59,719 nucleotides of DNA from Luteimonas sp. (GCA_051953015.1 JBQCJF010000001.1:1-59719); one strand, 5' to 3'; counted from the stretch's first letter, positions 9,175-18,561 are shown. The notes: a model not told the origin generated them from the sequence alone. Program-made: numbers and translations.

Positions 9175-10293
9175 TCAGGGCTGCGCCGCACTGCTCCCGG
9201 CGCGCAGCTGTTGCGCCGCCTGCAGGTACTTCGCGGCCAGAGGGTTGTCGGCGTTCCACTGCGGCGCCTTCGGGTCGTCGGCGATCATCTGGATCGCCAG
9301 CGCCACGGTGCGGTCGACGGCCGCCATGTTGTCGTAGTCGACCTTGTCCCAGGTGTCGGCGGCGCCGTGGTAATCCGGGTACTCGTAGGCCACGCTGATC
9401 GTGTGCGCCGGCACGCCCAGGTCGGCGAGCGCCTGGTTGTCGCTGCGGGCGAAATAGCGGTCGCTGTTGACCGGGTGCCGCACGACCCGCGTGCCTGTCA
9501 GCGCGCCGGCGCGGACCAGCGCGTCCCAGACGTCGGAGTAGTCGGCGCCGGTCACCGCGAACGCGCGCACCTGCGGGCCTTCGCTGTCGTCGGTGCGCCC
9601 TACCTGCTCGAGGTTGATGTCGGCCACGGTGTCGGCCACCGGCACCAGCGGATGCTTGCCGTAGTAGCGCGAACCGACCAGGCCGTGCTCCTCGCCGAAC
9701 ACGGTCATGAAGATGATGCTGCGCTTCGGACGGACCTTCTGTGCCGCGAACGCGCGCGCCAGCTCGAGCACCGACACGGTGCCGCTGCCGTCGTCGTTGG
9801 CGCCGTTGAAGATCGTGTCCGGGCCGTCGCCGCGGATGCCCAGGTGGTCGTAGTGCGCGGTGACCATGACGTAGGTGCCGGCCAGCGCCGGATCCGAGCC
9901 GCGCAGCAGGCCGACGACGTTGCGCACCAGCAACGGCTCCGGCGCGTCGGCGTACTTCGCGTGTTCGCGCTGCGGCGCGAACTCGCGCCAGTCGGCCGTC
10001 TGGAAGTAGCCGTCGTCGCCGAGCGGCTCGAGGCCGGCCGCGCGGAACTGCGAGGCGATGTACTCGGCGGCGATGTCGAGCCCGCGCGACGGCGTGCCGC
10101 GGCCCTCCAGCGCGTCCGAGGCCAGGAACGCGAGGTGGCCGCGCATCTCGTCGGCGGAGATGCTGCCGAGCAGCTGCGTCTGCGCCGGCGACAGCAGCGG
10201 CGCGACCGGCTCGGCCGGCCTGGGCGCCTGCGTGGCGCATGCGGTGAGGGCAGTCGCCAGGAAGGCGGCCTGCAAAGCCCTGAGTGACGACAT
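9175..10293 (-). CDS. M28 family metallopeptidase (lipoprotein)
   Basis: Lipobox LTAC; AHYDH, GANDDGSG, GEEHGLVGS, RSD, YH motifs. Confidence 0.9.
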   Translation of the reverse strand: MSSLRALQAAFLATALTACATQAPRPAEPVAPLLSPAQTQLLGSISADEMRGHLAFLASDALEGRGTPSRGLDIAAEYIASQFRAAGLEPLGDDGYFQTADWREFAPQREHAKYADAPEPLLVRNVVGLLRGSDPALAGTYVMVTAHYDHLGIRGDGPDTIFNGANDDGSGTVSVLELARAFAAQKVRPKRSIIFMTVFGEEHGLVGSRYYGKHPLVPVADTVADINLEQVGRTDDSEGPQVRAFAVTGADYSDVWDALVRAGALTGTRVVRHPVNSDRYFARSDNQALADLGVPAHTISVAYEYPDYHGAADTWDKVDYDNMAAVDRTVALAIQMIADDPKAPQWNADNPLAAKYLQAAQQLRAGSSAAQP

Positions 10294-10376
10294 TCGCTTC
10301 TTCTCCCCTTGGATGCGGCGAGTCTAGCGCGGCCCTTGCCGCGATCCCGCTGCTTCGCGCCAGGATGTGCCGTAGG

Positions 10377-11276
10377 TCATGGGCCCGGCATCGCCACCGC
10401 GGCCGCGATGCGCCCCACTTCCGCGATCACGGCGCTGGCCGCATCGCTGTCCGCCGGTGTTTCGGCGTAATAGGCCGTCACCAGGAGCGGCGGCTTGGCA
10501 GGGGGCCAGGCGATGGCGATGTCGTTGAACACCGCGTTGTTGGAGGTTCCGGTCTTGTCGCCGACGCGCCAGCGCTCCGGGAAGCCGGCGCGCAGACGCG
10601 TGTCGCCGGTACGCGTGGCCTGCAGCCAGGCGACGAGCTGCGCCTTCGACGCCGCCGACAGCGCATCGCCGAGCAGCACCGCCTGCAGGTCGCGCAGCAT
10701 CGCCGCAGGCGTCGTCGTGTCGCGCGGATCGCCCGGGATGGCTTCGTTGAGGATGGTTTCGCGGCGGTCGAGGCGGCTGATGTCGTCGCCGAGCGCGCGC
10801 GCGAACGCCGTCCAGCCGCCCGGCCCGCCGATCCGGTCGAGCAGCAGGTTGCCTGCGGTGTTGTCGCTCAGCGTGATCGCGGCTTCGCAGACTTCGGCGA
10901 TGGTCATGCCCGGCGCGCCCACGCGCCTTTCGGTGACCGGCGAGTAGGACACCAGGTCGTCCTTCGCGAACGCGATGCGCTGCGGGAGCGCGAGTTCGCC
11001 GCGATCGACGCGCGCCAGGACGGCCGCCACCGCCAGCACCTTGAACGTGCTGCACATCGGGAAGCGTTCCTCGCCGCGATGGTTGATGCGGCGGCCGGTG
11101 GCGGTATCGAGGATGGCGACGCCGAGGCGGCCACCGTGCAACTGTTCGAGCGCCTTGAGGCGTTCAAGCGGCTCGCCCACGGCGGCAGGCGAGCCCTTCG
11201 CCGCGGCACGCAGCGACCGCGTCGAGAGCAGGACGCCCGCGGCCAGCGAGCCTTGCAGGAAACTGCGGCGTTCCAT
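10377..11276 (-). CDS. Class A serine beta-lactamase with Tat signal
   Basis: RRSFL Tat motif; ERFPMCSTFK (SxxK), SDN, DRRETILN (E166 omega loop), KTG. Confidence 0.93.
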   Translation of the reverse strand: MERRSFLQGSLAAGVLLSTRSLRAAAKGSPAAVGEPLERLKALEQLHGGRLGVAILDTATGRRINHRGEERFPMCSTFKVLAVAAVLARVDRGELALPQRIAFAKDDLVSYSPVTERRVGAPGMTIAEVCEAAITLSDNTAGNLLLDRIGGPGGWTAFARALGDDISRLDRRETILNEAIPGDPRDTTTPAAMLRDLQAVLLGDALSAASKAQLVAWLQATRTGDTRLRAGFPERWRVGDKTGTSNNAVFNDIAIAWPPAKPPLLVTAYYAETPADSDAASAVIAEVGRIAAAVAMPGP

Positions 11277-11309
11277 CGGAACCTCCGTTCGAACTGCGGC
11301 GACGCAGGC

Positions 11310-11984
11310 TCAGACCGCGACGAATTCCCTGCCGGCCAGCGACGCCGCGAAACCATCGTGCGCCGCATGCACCTCGGCCCAGTGCGGCAGCGCCTTCATG
11401 CGGCCGACCCACGCGCGGATGTTCGGGAAGTCGGCGAAGCCGCAGCCCACCAGCTCGCCCATCACCACCATCTCCACGCCCACGTAGTCGGCGAGCGTCA
11501 CGCTGTCGCCGCACAGGAAGGCGTTGCCGCGGCCGAGGAAATGCGACTCGAGCACGCCCAGCCAGCGCAGCGCCTTCTCCCGGCCCCACTCGACGGTGGC
11601 CGCGTGCGCCTCGTCGCTGCGACGCCTGTGGTGCGGGAACAGCTGCGGATAGACCAGGCCGTAGCCGAAGTCCTTGTAGTAGTTGCCATGGAACCAGGCC
11701 ATCGCCTCGTCCACGCGCGCCCGCGCCTGCAGGTCCGCCGGATACGCGGCCGAACCGGTCTTGCCGGCCAGGTAGCGCAGGATCGCCGCGCTCTCGGTGA
11801 GGACGAAGCCGTCGTCGTCAAGCACCGGCACCAGCGCGTTCGGGTTGATCGCCTTGTAGTCGGGCGCGTGGTGCGCGCCGGTCATCAGGTCGACCAGCGC
11901 GTACTCCAGCGCGATGCCCTCCTGCGCGGCGAACAGCATCACCATCCGGCTGACGGTGGAGGCGGGGTGGAAATACAGCTTCAT
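11310..11984 (-). CDS. Glutathione S-transferase
   Basis: MKLYFHPAS start at 11984; INPNALVPVL, TESAAILRYL, TLAD motifs. Confidence 0.9.
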   Translation of the reverse strand: MKLYFHPASTVSRMVMLFAAQEGIALEYALVDLMTGAHHAPDYKAINPNALVPVLDDDGFVLTESAAILRYLAGKTGSAAYPADLQARARVDEAMAWFHGNYYKDFGYGLVYPQLFPHHRRRSDEAHAATVEWGREKALRWLGVLESHFLGRGNAFLCGDSVTLADYVGVEMVVMGELVGCGFADFPNIRAWVGRMKALPHWAEVHAAHDGFAASLAGREFVAV

Positions 11985-12060
11985 GGGCGGCTTCCCGGCG
12001 GGATGGGGGGACAGGAAGCGGAATGGTCCCCCGCCCGCCGCCGCGGAGCAAGCGGGAATG

Positions 12061-13119
12061 TCAGGGTGCGGCAAACAGGCGGGCGGCGATCGCATCCTTC
12101 AGGTCGCGCACCTTCGTGCCCTCGGTGTTGGTCAGCACCACGACCACCGCGTCGTCCTTCGGCCAGCGCGCGATGAAGGCGCCGAAACCGTTGATGTCGC
12201 CGTTGTGCTCGATCACCTCGCGCCCGTGTTCCTGCGCGACTTCCCAGCCCAGGCCGTAGCCGCCCTTGCCCTCCCGGAACATCTCCGCGCGCAGCCGCGC
12301 CGGCAGCAGCGCGTCGGTGCGGAGCGCGCGATCCCAGCGGTACAGGTCGAGCACGGTCGAATACTGCGAACCGGCACCGATCGGGATGGACATGTCGATG
12401 TACGGCGCGTTCTCGAACACGCCGTCGCGCTGCACGTAGCCGCGCGCGCGCTTCGGCAGCAGCGGGCCGTCCCACGCGTAGCCGGAATCGTCCATGCCGA
12501 GCGGCCGGTAGATCCGGTCGTGGATGAAGTCCGCGTACGATGTCCCGCCGAGGCGTTCGATGATCGAGGCGGAGATCAGCAGCCCCGAATTCCCGTAACT
12601 GGCGTCGGTACCGGGCGGGAAGTCGAGCGGCTGCCGCTCCAGCAGCGCGATCGTGTCGTCGAGCTTCGCCGGCAGCGTGAACCGGTCGCGCATGCCCGGC
12701 AGGCGCACGAAATCGTGGATGCCCGAGCTATGGTTGAGCAGCTGGCGGATGACGATCGGCTTCCACGCGGCCGGGCAGTGGTCGACGTAGCGGCACACCG
12801 GATCGTCGAGCGACAGCTTGCCGTCGGCCGCCAGCAGCAGGATGCCCGCCGCCGTGAACTGCTTGGTCAGCGACCCGATGCGGAACTTCGTATCGGGCGA
12901 ATTGGGGATGCCCCACTCCCGGTCGGCCAGTCCGTAGGCGCGAACCAGCACGTCGCCGTCCTTCGCGACCAGGAACACGCCGCTGAAGCCGGCCTTGCCC
13001 TGCTCGTCCAGGAACTGCGCCACGCTTGCCGGTACCTGCGGAGCGGCCCGGACCGGCCGGGGGACGGTACCGATGCCGATAGCGGCCAGCAACACGAAAA
13101 ACAGGTTGAGCGATCGCAT
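12061..13119 (-). CDS. Secreted serine hydrolase, beta-lactamase/PBP (AmpC-like) family
   Basis: Signal peptide; FRIGSLTKQF (SxxK), LLNHSSG, YGN, PLGM, HNG. Confidence 0.88.
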   Translation of the reverse strand: MRSLNLFFVLLAAIGIGTVPRPVRAAPQVPASVAQFLDEQGKAGFSGVFLVAKDGDVLVRAYGLADREWGIPNSPDTKFRIGSLTKQFTAAGILLLAADGKLSLDDPVCRYVDHCPAAWKPIVIRQLLNHSSGIHDFVRLPGMRDRFTLPAKLDDTIALLERQPLDFPPGTDASYGNSGLLISASIIERLGGTSYADFIHDRIYRPLGMDDSGYAWDGPLLPKRARGYVQRDGVFENAPYIDMSIPIGAGSQYSTVLDLYRWDRALRTDALLPARLRAEMFREGKGGYGLGWEVAQEHGREVIEHNGDINGFGAFIARWPKDDAVVVVLTNTEGTKVRDLKDAIAARLFAAP

Positions 13120-13189
13120 GCGGGCACGCCGGTTGGGGGACGGCCCACTGTCGGCCGTGCACGGCGCGCGGCAATGTGCCGACGGTCAC

Positions 13190-13215
13190 GGCGGCGCGGT
13201 TTAAACCGCGCCGCC
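13190..13215. repeat. Perfect 26-bp palindrome GGCGGCGCGGTTT|AAACCGCGCCGCC (possible terminator or REP-like hairpin)
   Basis: Read directly; 12 bp past the stop of the DUF4199 gene. Confidence 0.7.
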
Positions 13216-13227
13216 CCGTTGTGCAAC

Positions 13228-13764
13228 CTAGCCCCTTCGCGGCGGCAGGAAGCGCGGGTTGCGCAGCAGCGCCGCCGACGCCAGCGACACCAGTACGCCG
13301 ACCGGGAAGATCTCGGCGAAGGTCATCGGCAGCCGGAACAGCGGGTTCGCGTACTGGACCTTGAACGCGGCCATCTCCGCGGTCATACGCGCGATCTCGT
13401 CGGCGCCGGCGCCGCGCGCCCGGGCCTGCTCGACCATCGCGTTGCCGTAGGACGTGGCGAAGTCCATGTGCAGCACGGCCTGCACGCCTTCCCAGGCGAC
13501 CACGTAGAACACGCCGGCCACGAAGCTGATGCCGAGCCCCACGCCCAGCGCCGGCCAGAAGCCGATCACGCCCCCGCGGTCCACGTCGCGGTGCCGCTTG
13601 ATGCCCACGAACACCGCGCTGAGCGCGACCAGCATCGTCGCGTAGCCGATGAGCATCCCGTACTGCATCGGTGGCTCGCCGCCGAAGCCGATGAACGTGG
13701 CGAACATGAAGGCGCCGACGACGACGCCGGCGATCACGCCGTATTTCAGGATGGTGCGCAGCAT
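13228..13764 (-). CDS. DUF4199 family membrane protein
   Basis: MLRTILKYGVIAG, GYATMLVALSAVFVGIK.HRD...GG.I.F, MTFAEIFPVG; four hydrophobic segments. Confidence 0.8.
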   Translation of the reverse strand: MLRTILKYGVIAGVVVGAFMFATFIGFGGEPPMQYGMLIGYATMLVALSAVFVGIKRHRDVDRGGVIGFWPALGVGLGISFVAGVFYVVAWEGVQAVLHMDFATSYGNAMVEQARARGAGADEIARMTAEMAAFKVQYANPLFRLPMTFAEIFPVGVLVSLASAALLRNPRFLPPRRG

Positions 13765-13821
13765 GCGGGTGCTCCCCTTGTGGTTGGTGCCGTCATTGAC
13801 CCCTGCCCCACCAAGCGAAGC

Positions 13822-15324
13822 TTACGGCACGTAGCGCAGGCGCCAGCCCCACCAGCCGAACAGCAACGCGAGGAACCCAACGCCCCCGAGCCACGGCAGG
13901 ATCGCCCGCAGTTGCCGTCGAGCGGGGGCCGGGGCGTCGGAAGCCGGCGACAACGACTGGCCGCGCACGCCGTCGGCATGGGCGGCTGGCGCGACCGGCT
14001 GCGGCGAAGGCGCGGCGCCCGTCGGGCGCACGCCTTGGCTGTCGGGATGCCAGAGCAGCGGCCGCGATCCGTGCCGCTCGACCGCGCAATCCACGCCCGG
14101 CCACACCACCAGGCCGTAGTTGTAGTTCGCGACGGCCACGTCGGCGCAATGGTCGCCATCCACGTCCCCGGCGGCGATCGGCGTCTTGCCGCCCCAGGTC
14201 ATGTACGGCCCTTCGAAGATCACTTCCCGCGCCAGCCAACCGTTGTCCTGCGAGAAATAGCCGATCCCGCCCCCGCTGCGCAGCAGGAGCAGGTCCTCGC
14301 GCCGGTCGCCATTGAGGTCGAACGCGATGCTCGAATCCGGAATGCTGGAATCGTCGCGGATGTCCCCCGACGACAGCTGCACCGGCGCCGCAAGGGTCCC
14401 GTCGGCCTGCTGCCGGTAGAGGTAGATGCCGCGGGCATCGAAGTCGTAGCTCGAGCCGCCGGCGACCATGTCGTCGCGGCCGTCGCCCGTGAAGTCGCCG
14501 ACGGAGACGGTGTAGGTTCCATAGACGTTGAACGCGCGTGGGTAATACACGCCCGGCAGGAACCAGCCGTGCCCGTCGTTGAGGAACACCTCGACGCCGT
14601 TGCCGAGCCCCTGCAGCCAGGAGATGGCGATGTCCGTGAGCCCATCGCCGTTGAGGTCGCCCTGCTTGAGCTCGTTTTCGCCCTCGGAGGACGTCGCCAT
14701 GTAGCGCTGGCGGCTGAAGGCCTGCGTCGAATCGCCGAAGTAGACGGTGACGCCGTAGCGCTCGCTGCCGCTGGTGTCGTTCATCGCGACGACGTCCTGG
14801 CGTCCGTCGCGGTCGAGGTCGAACACGGTGAAGGCATCGCCGGGCGCCGCGCCGGTGGTATTGTCCACCTTGCGCACGCTGAAGGTCGCGGTGCGATTCC
14901 CGTAGACCAGCGACAGGCCCGCCCGGCGTCCGACGACGATGTCGTCCACGCCGTCGCCGTCCAGGTCGGCAGCCTCCATCGCTGTGCGCCAGCGATAACC
15001 ACGCTCGACGTAGTCGCCTTCCTCGTCGTTGGTGGCGTACTGGAGCCGGATCGGCGCGGCCAGGGTGCCGTCGGCCGCCTGCAGGTAGATGTAGAGCCGC
15101 CAGTCCGCGTCGGGATTGAAACCGGTCTGGTACGCGGTCGTGGCCATCACCACGTCCTTGCGCCCGTCGCCGTTGAAGTCGCCGATGGCGACGGCATCGG
15201 GCCAGGAGTCCGTCATCGGGTAGATGCGGGCCGTGCCGAGCGTGGTGGCGCCGGACGCACCGCCCGCGAGCAGCCCGAGGGCGAGTACGGCCAACGTCTG
15301 GAGCGCGAAGGGACGTGACGGCAT
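13822..15324 (-). CDS. FG-GAP/VCBS repeat secreted protein with C-terminal membrane anchor
   Basis: Signal peptide from ATG 15324; about 7 repeats of the GDxNGDGxxD type; Pro/Ala linker then hydrophobic helix and basic tail. Confidence 0.85.
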   Translation of the reverse strand: MPSRPFALQTLAVLALGLLAGGASGATTLGTARIYPMTDSWPDAVAIGDFNGDGRKDVVMATTAYQTGFNPDADWRLYIYLQAADGTLAAPIRLQYATNDEEGDYVERGYRWRTAMEAADLDGDGVDDIVVGRRAGLSLVYGNRTATFSVRKVDNTTGAAPGDAFTVFDLDRDGRQDVVAMNDTSGSERYGVTVYFGDSTQAFSRQRYMATSSEGENELKQGDLNGDGLTDIAISWLQGLGNGVEVFLNDGHGWFLPGVYYPRAFNVYGTYTVSVGDFTGDGRDDMVAGGSSYDFDARGIYLYRQQADGTLAAPVQLSSGDIRDDSSIPDSSIAFDLNGDRREDLLLLRSGGGIGYFSQDNGWLAREVIFEGPYMTWGGKTPIAAGDVDGDHCADVAVANYNYGLVVWPGVDCAVERHGSRPLLWHPDSQGVRPTGAAPSPQPVAPAAHADGVRGQSLSPASDAPAPARRQLRAILPWLGGVGFLALLFGWWGWRLRYVP

Positions 15325-15479
15325 GTTCGGGCGCGGGCGGGGCGAGGCCGCAGGATAGCAGCCGCCGCTTGCGGCGCCCCGCCCGTCCCGCCCTGAACGC
15401 ATTCAGCCGCGCGGCCTCGGACGGCCGCCGGTGCGCCTGATAATGCGGCCAAACCGCCGTGCCATCCGCAAGAGAGTCC

Positions 15480-17342
15480 GTGTTGCGCCCTTCCCCCTCG
15501 ATCCTCGTCCCGCTCGTCCTGTCGCTCGCGTCTTCGCAGGCCGTTGCCGCCTCGGCGCCGAAGCAGCCGCCGCCGCCGGAATACGCCGGCTACATCGCCG
15601 CCGTCCGCAAGGCCGACGCCATCCAGGATCCGCTGCAGCGCTGCCTCGCGTATCCGGACCTGCCCGGCAACACCTGGCCGGAAGGCCTGGCGAAGGCGCG
15701 CTGCGTGGCGTTCCGCACGCGCACGAAGTACACGATCGACCAGGTCGAAACGATGCTGGCGCAGCCCGACGGCGCGAAGACGCTCGAAGCGCATTTCCGC
15801 GACCTGCGCGACGCCGCCGTCGCCGACCCGACCCGCGAAAGCGCCCTCTCCGCGGCGTTCTCGGTCTTCGAATACGGCGACAAGGACAGGATCGAGCGCG
15901 TCGCCCGCGCGTGGCGCGACGCATCGCCGGACAGCGCGTTCGCGCGCACCGCCCTCGGCCTGGTGCTCGAGCAGCGCGGCTGGAACGCGCGCGGCACCAA
16001 GTACGTCAAGGACACGCCGGACGCGAAGCTGCGCGAAATGGAGCGCTATTTCGCCGACGCCGCAACGGAACTCTCCGCGGCGCTGCAAACCGACGGGAAG
16101 CTGATGCCCGCCTGCGTCGGGCTGATGGAAATCGGCCGCCAGAGCTCGGACGACCTGCAGTCGGGGGCCACCGCGGCGTGCCTGCAGGCGGAGCCCGCGT
16201 CCTACGCCGCCATCGAGGAACTGATGACGGCGGCCGAGCCGCGCTGGGGCGGCTCCGACGAACAGATGCGCAGCGTCGCGGCCTACGCCCTCGCGCGCGT
16301 CGACCGCAATCCGCTGCTCGCGCTGTTCGCGTTCGACAACGCGTACTACGCGATCGACCACATGGACGACGGCGACGACCAGGCCATCGCCGTGCTCGCG
16401 CCCGCCGCGCAGCAGGTGCCGAACGCGGCCTACCTGCGCCTGGTCGGCGGCGCGTACCTGCGCAAGGGCGACTACTGGAAGGCCTTCGCCTATCTGTCGC
16501 AGGCCCTGCGCTTCATGCCCGACTACGCGCAGGAATCGCGATACAGGGCGCTGGTGCTGGACGTCCTCGGCGAGCCCGCCTGGGCGCGCGCCGACGCCGA
16601 GCGCGCCGTGGCCCTGTTGCCTGATTCGGGCCTAGCGCACCAGGAGCTCGGCGAGATCGTGCGCCAGCTGGAGGGCCCGGCGGCGGCGCTCCCGCACTTC
16701 GAGCTGGCGATGAAGGACTCGGCCACGCGCGAATCGGTGTTCCCCGAATACTGCGGTTCGCTCATCGACGCCGGCCGGATGGAGGACGCCGGCCGATGCG
16801 TCGACGAGGAACTGGCCGGATACCCGGAGAACCCGGAGGCGTGGCGGCAGCGGCTGGTGGTCATCGGCTACGACGCGCCCGGCTCGCTGGAAGCGATGCA
16901 GCGCTTTCTCGCACTGAACGATCCGTCGAGCTGGAGCTACCACGCCAAGGCCGCCGACACCGTGCGCAAGATCCTCGCGGCGCGCGACGGCACCGCCTCC
17001 GCCGACGAGGTCTTCGAAGCGCGTACGGCACGTGGCCGCGCCATGGAGTACTCGCTGGTGGGGCGCCCCTACTTCGAACGCATCCGCAACGGCACGAAGG
17101 GCTTCACCGAAGGCGCTTTCGGCAGCTGCCGCGCGGCCATCCCGAAGCCGCACGCGTCGCTCGGCTTGGCCGCGGTGTTCGACGTGATGCCGGACGGCCG
17201 GATCGCCAACGTCGTCGTGCGCCCGGAGAACGCGTGGTCGAAGTGCTTCGCAAAGCAGGTGGAAACCGTGCTGAAGCTGCCTCCGCCGCCGGAAGGGTTC
17301 CCGTCGGGCTATCCGATGACCTTCGAGCTCAAGGCGCGTTGA
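15480..17342 (+). CDS. Secreted DUF4034-like/TPR protein with TonB_C-like C-terminus
   Basis: Signal peptide; GWNARG and PRWGGS motifs typical of DUF4034; TPR-like helices; C-terminal FDVMPDGRIANV...LPPPP. Start uncertain (GTG 15459 or 15480). Confidence 0.65.
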   Translation: MLRPSPSILVPLVLSLASSQAVAASAPKQPPPPEYAGYIAAVRKADAIQDPLQRCLAYPDLPGNTWPEGLAKARCVAFRTRTKYTIDQVETMLAQPDGAKTLEAHFRDLRDAAVADPTRESALSAAFSVFEYGDKDRIERVARAWRDASPDSAFARTALGLVLEQRGWNARGTKYVKDTPDAKLREMERYFADAATELSAALQTDGKLMPACVGLMEIGRQSSDDLQSGATAACLQAEPASYAAIEELMTAAEPRWGGSDEQMRSVAAYALARVDRNPLLALFAFDNAYYAIDHMDDGDDQAIAVLAPAAQQVPNAAYLRLVGGAYLRKGDYWKAFAYLSQALRFMPDYAQESRYRALVLDVLGEPAWARADAERAVALLPDSGLAHQELGEIVRQLEGPAAALPHFELAMKDSATRESVFPEYCGSLIDAGRMEDAGRCVDEELAGYPENPEAWRQRLVVIGYDAPGSLEAMQRFLALNDPSSWSYHAKAADTVRKILAARDGTASADEVFEARTARGRAMEYSLVGRPYFERIRNGTKGFTEGAFGSCRAAIPKPHASLGLAAVFDVMPDGRIANVVVRPENAWSKCFAKQVETVLKLPPPPEGFPSGYPMTFELKAR

Positions 17343-17376
17343 GGCCCGGAACGCCGCAAGAATTGCGGGGTTACGC

Positions 17377-18561
17377 CTAGCGGCCGGCGTCGACCGCGGC
17401 GTCGTCTCGCGCCGACGGGTAGGCGGACGGCCCAACCACCGGAGAACCCGGAAGCGCCAGCGGCACTTCCGGTGTGCTTCGCTCGAGAATTCGCATGGTT
17501 TCTTCCGCCTGTCGCCGTTGCTCGGCCAATTCCCGGGTAGTGGGTTGGCGATGGACAGGTTGAGACGATGTCCCAGTTTGTGAGGGAACGGATTCAACGG
17601 GGGCTGGCGCCACAGGCAACGGCTCTTCAGCGTGCACCGCCGCCGGCGCAGGCGCCGGCACCACGACGACCTTCCTTTGTAGCGGGCCGACCGCGTTGCC
17701 GATGGCCGTCGTAAGCAGCCACCAGATCAGGAACATGCCCGCAAGCAGCATCAGGGCCTTGCCCAGGATCGCGGCTACGCCGACCTGCACCGCGCGCGAC
17801 ACCCCGCGCCTGCCTTCGTTCCGGATGCGCGTTTCGACGGCACGCAACAGCCGCTCCCCGGCGACCTCGGCGAATGAATCCGCCGTGCTTCGCAACGGCG
17901 CCGTGGCGATCGAAGGCGTCGTGCCATGCCGCCGCCGCAGGTTGTCCACGTGCTGACGATGCGTCTGCCAGGTCTGCGCCAACCGGATGCTCTTCAACTC
18001 GCTGCAGATGGACCCGACTTGACCGTCGGTCAGGATCTGTTCGTCGAACGACCGGAAGTATGCGATGAGGTCCTTGCAAGTCCGGACCTCTGTGGGCATC
18101 TCGGTCTTGAAGGTGCAGTCGCCGGTGAATACGACTGCCGACTTGAAAGCGCTGTCGGGGAGTTCCAGCAGCGACGCCAACACTTTGACATGGCGATGGT
18201 TCTGCCGCAGGGGATTCTGGAACCTGACCTTGTGCCGATAGATGGTCTGGGTCCACTCCGGTTGATTCCTGCTGCCGGAAATCCAATGCCCCATGTGCTT
18301 GGTTTCCAGCACGAACACGCCATATCGCGAGACATAGACATGGTCGATCTGCGTGGTGTCCCCGAATTGGTCGCGGACCGTCACGTTGGAGAACTCGCGA
18401 TACACCGAAGGATCCAGATGGCGCCGGACCAGGGTCCGCACCTTCCATTCTCCGAGCCAGCCCTTGAACCAGGGGCTCTTCAGCACCCCGCCCGCCAGCG
18501 CGAACGGAAGCAGCCACAACAACGGCTTCAGCATCCCAACGACGATCGGCGTCATGTCCAT
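17377..18561 (-). CDS. NERD nuclease-related domain protein with N- and C-terminal TM segments
   Basis: KGWLGE, TTQIDHVYVSRYGVFVLETK, WTQ, FQNPLRQNHRH. Start MDMTP at 18561 with GGGGAGG RBS. Confidence 0.82.
   Translation of the reverse strand: MDMTPIVVGMLKPLLWLLPFALAGGVLKSPWFKGWLGEWKVRTLVRRHLDPSVYREFSNVTVRDQFGDTTQIDHVYVSRYGVFVLETKHMGHWISGSRNQPEWTQTIYRHKVRFQNPLRQNHRHVKVLASLLELPDSAFKSAVVFTGDCTFKTEMPTEVRTCKDLIAYFRSFDEQILTDGQVGSICSELKSIRLAQTWQTHRQHVDNLRRRHGTTPSIATAPLRSTADSFAEVAGERLLRAVETRIRNEGRRGVSRAVQVGVAAILGKALMLLAGMFLIWWLLTTAIGNAVGPLQRKVVVVPAPAPAAVHAEEPLPVAPAPVESVPSQTGTSSQPVHRQPTTRELAEQRRQAEETMRILERSTPEVPLALPGSPVVGPSAYPSARDDAAVDAGR

Noticed and set aside
11914-15318. Long antisense or alternate-frame ORFs (also 24839..28381, 24928..28464, 49715..53299, 47542..50016)
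   Set aside because: Typical high-GC shadow ORFs over well-supported genes, with no recognisable motifs.
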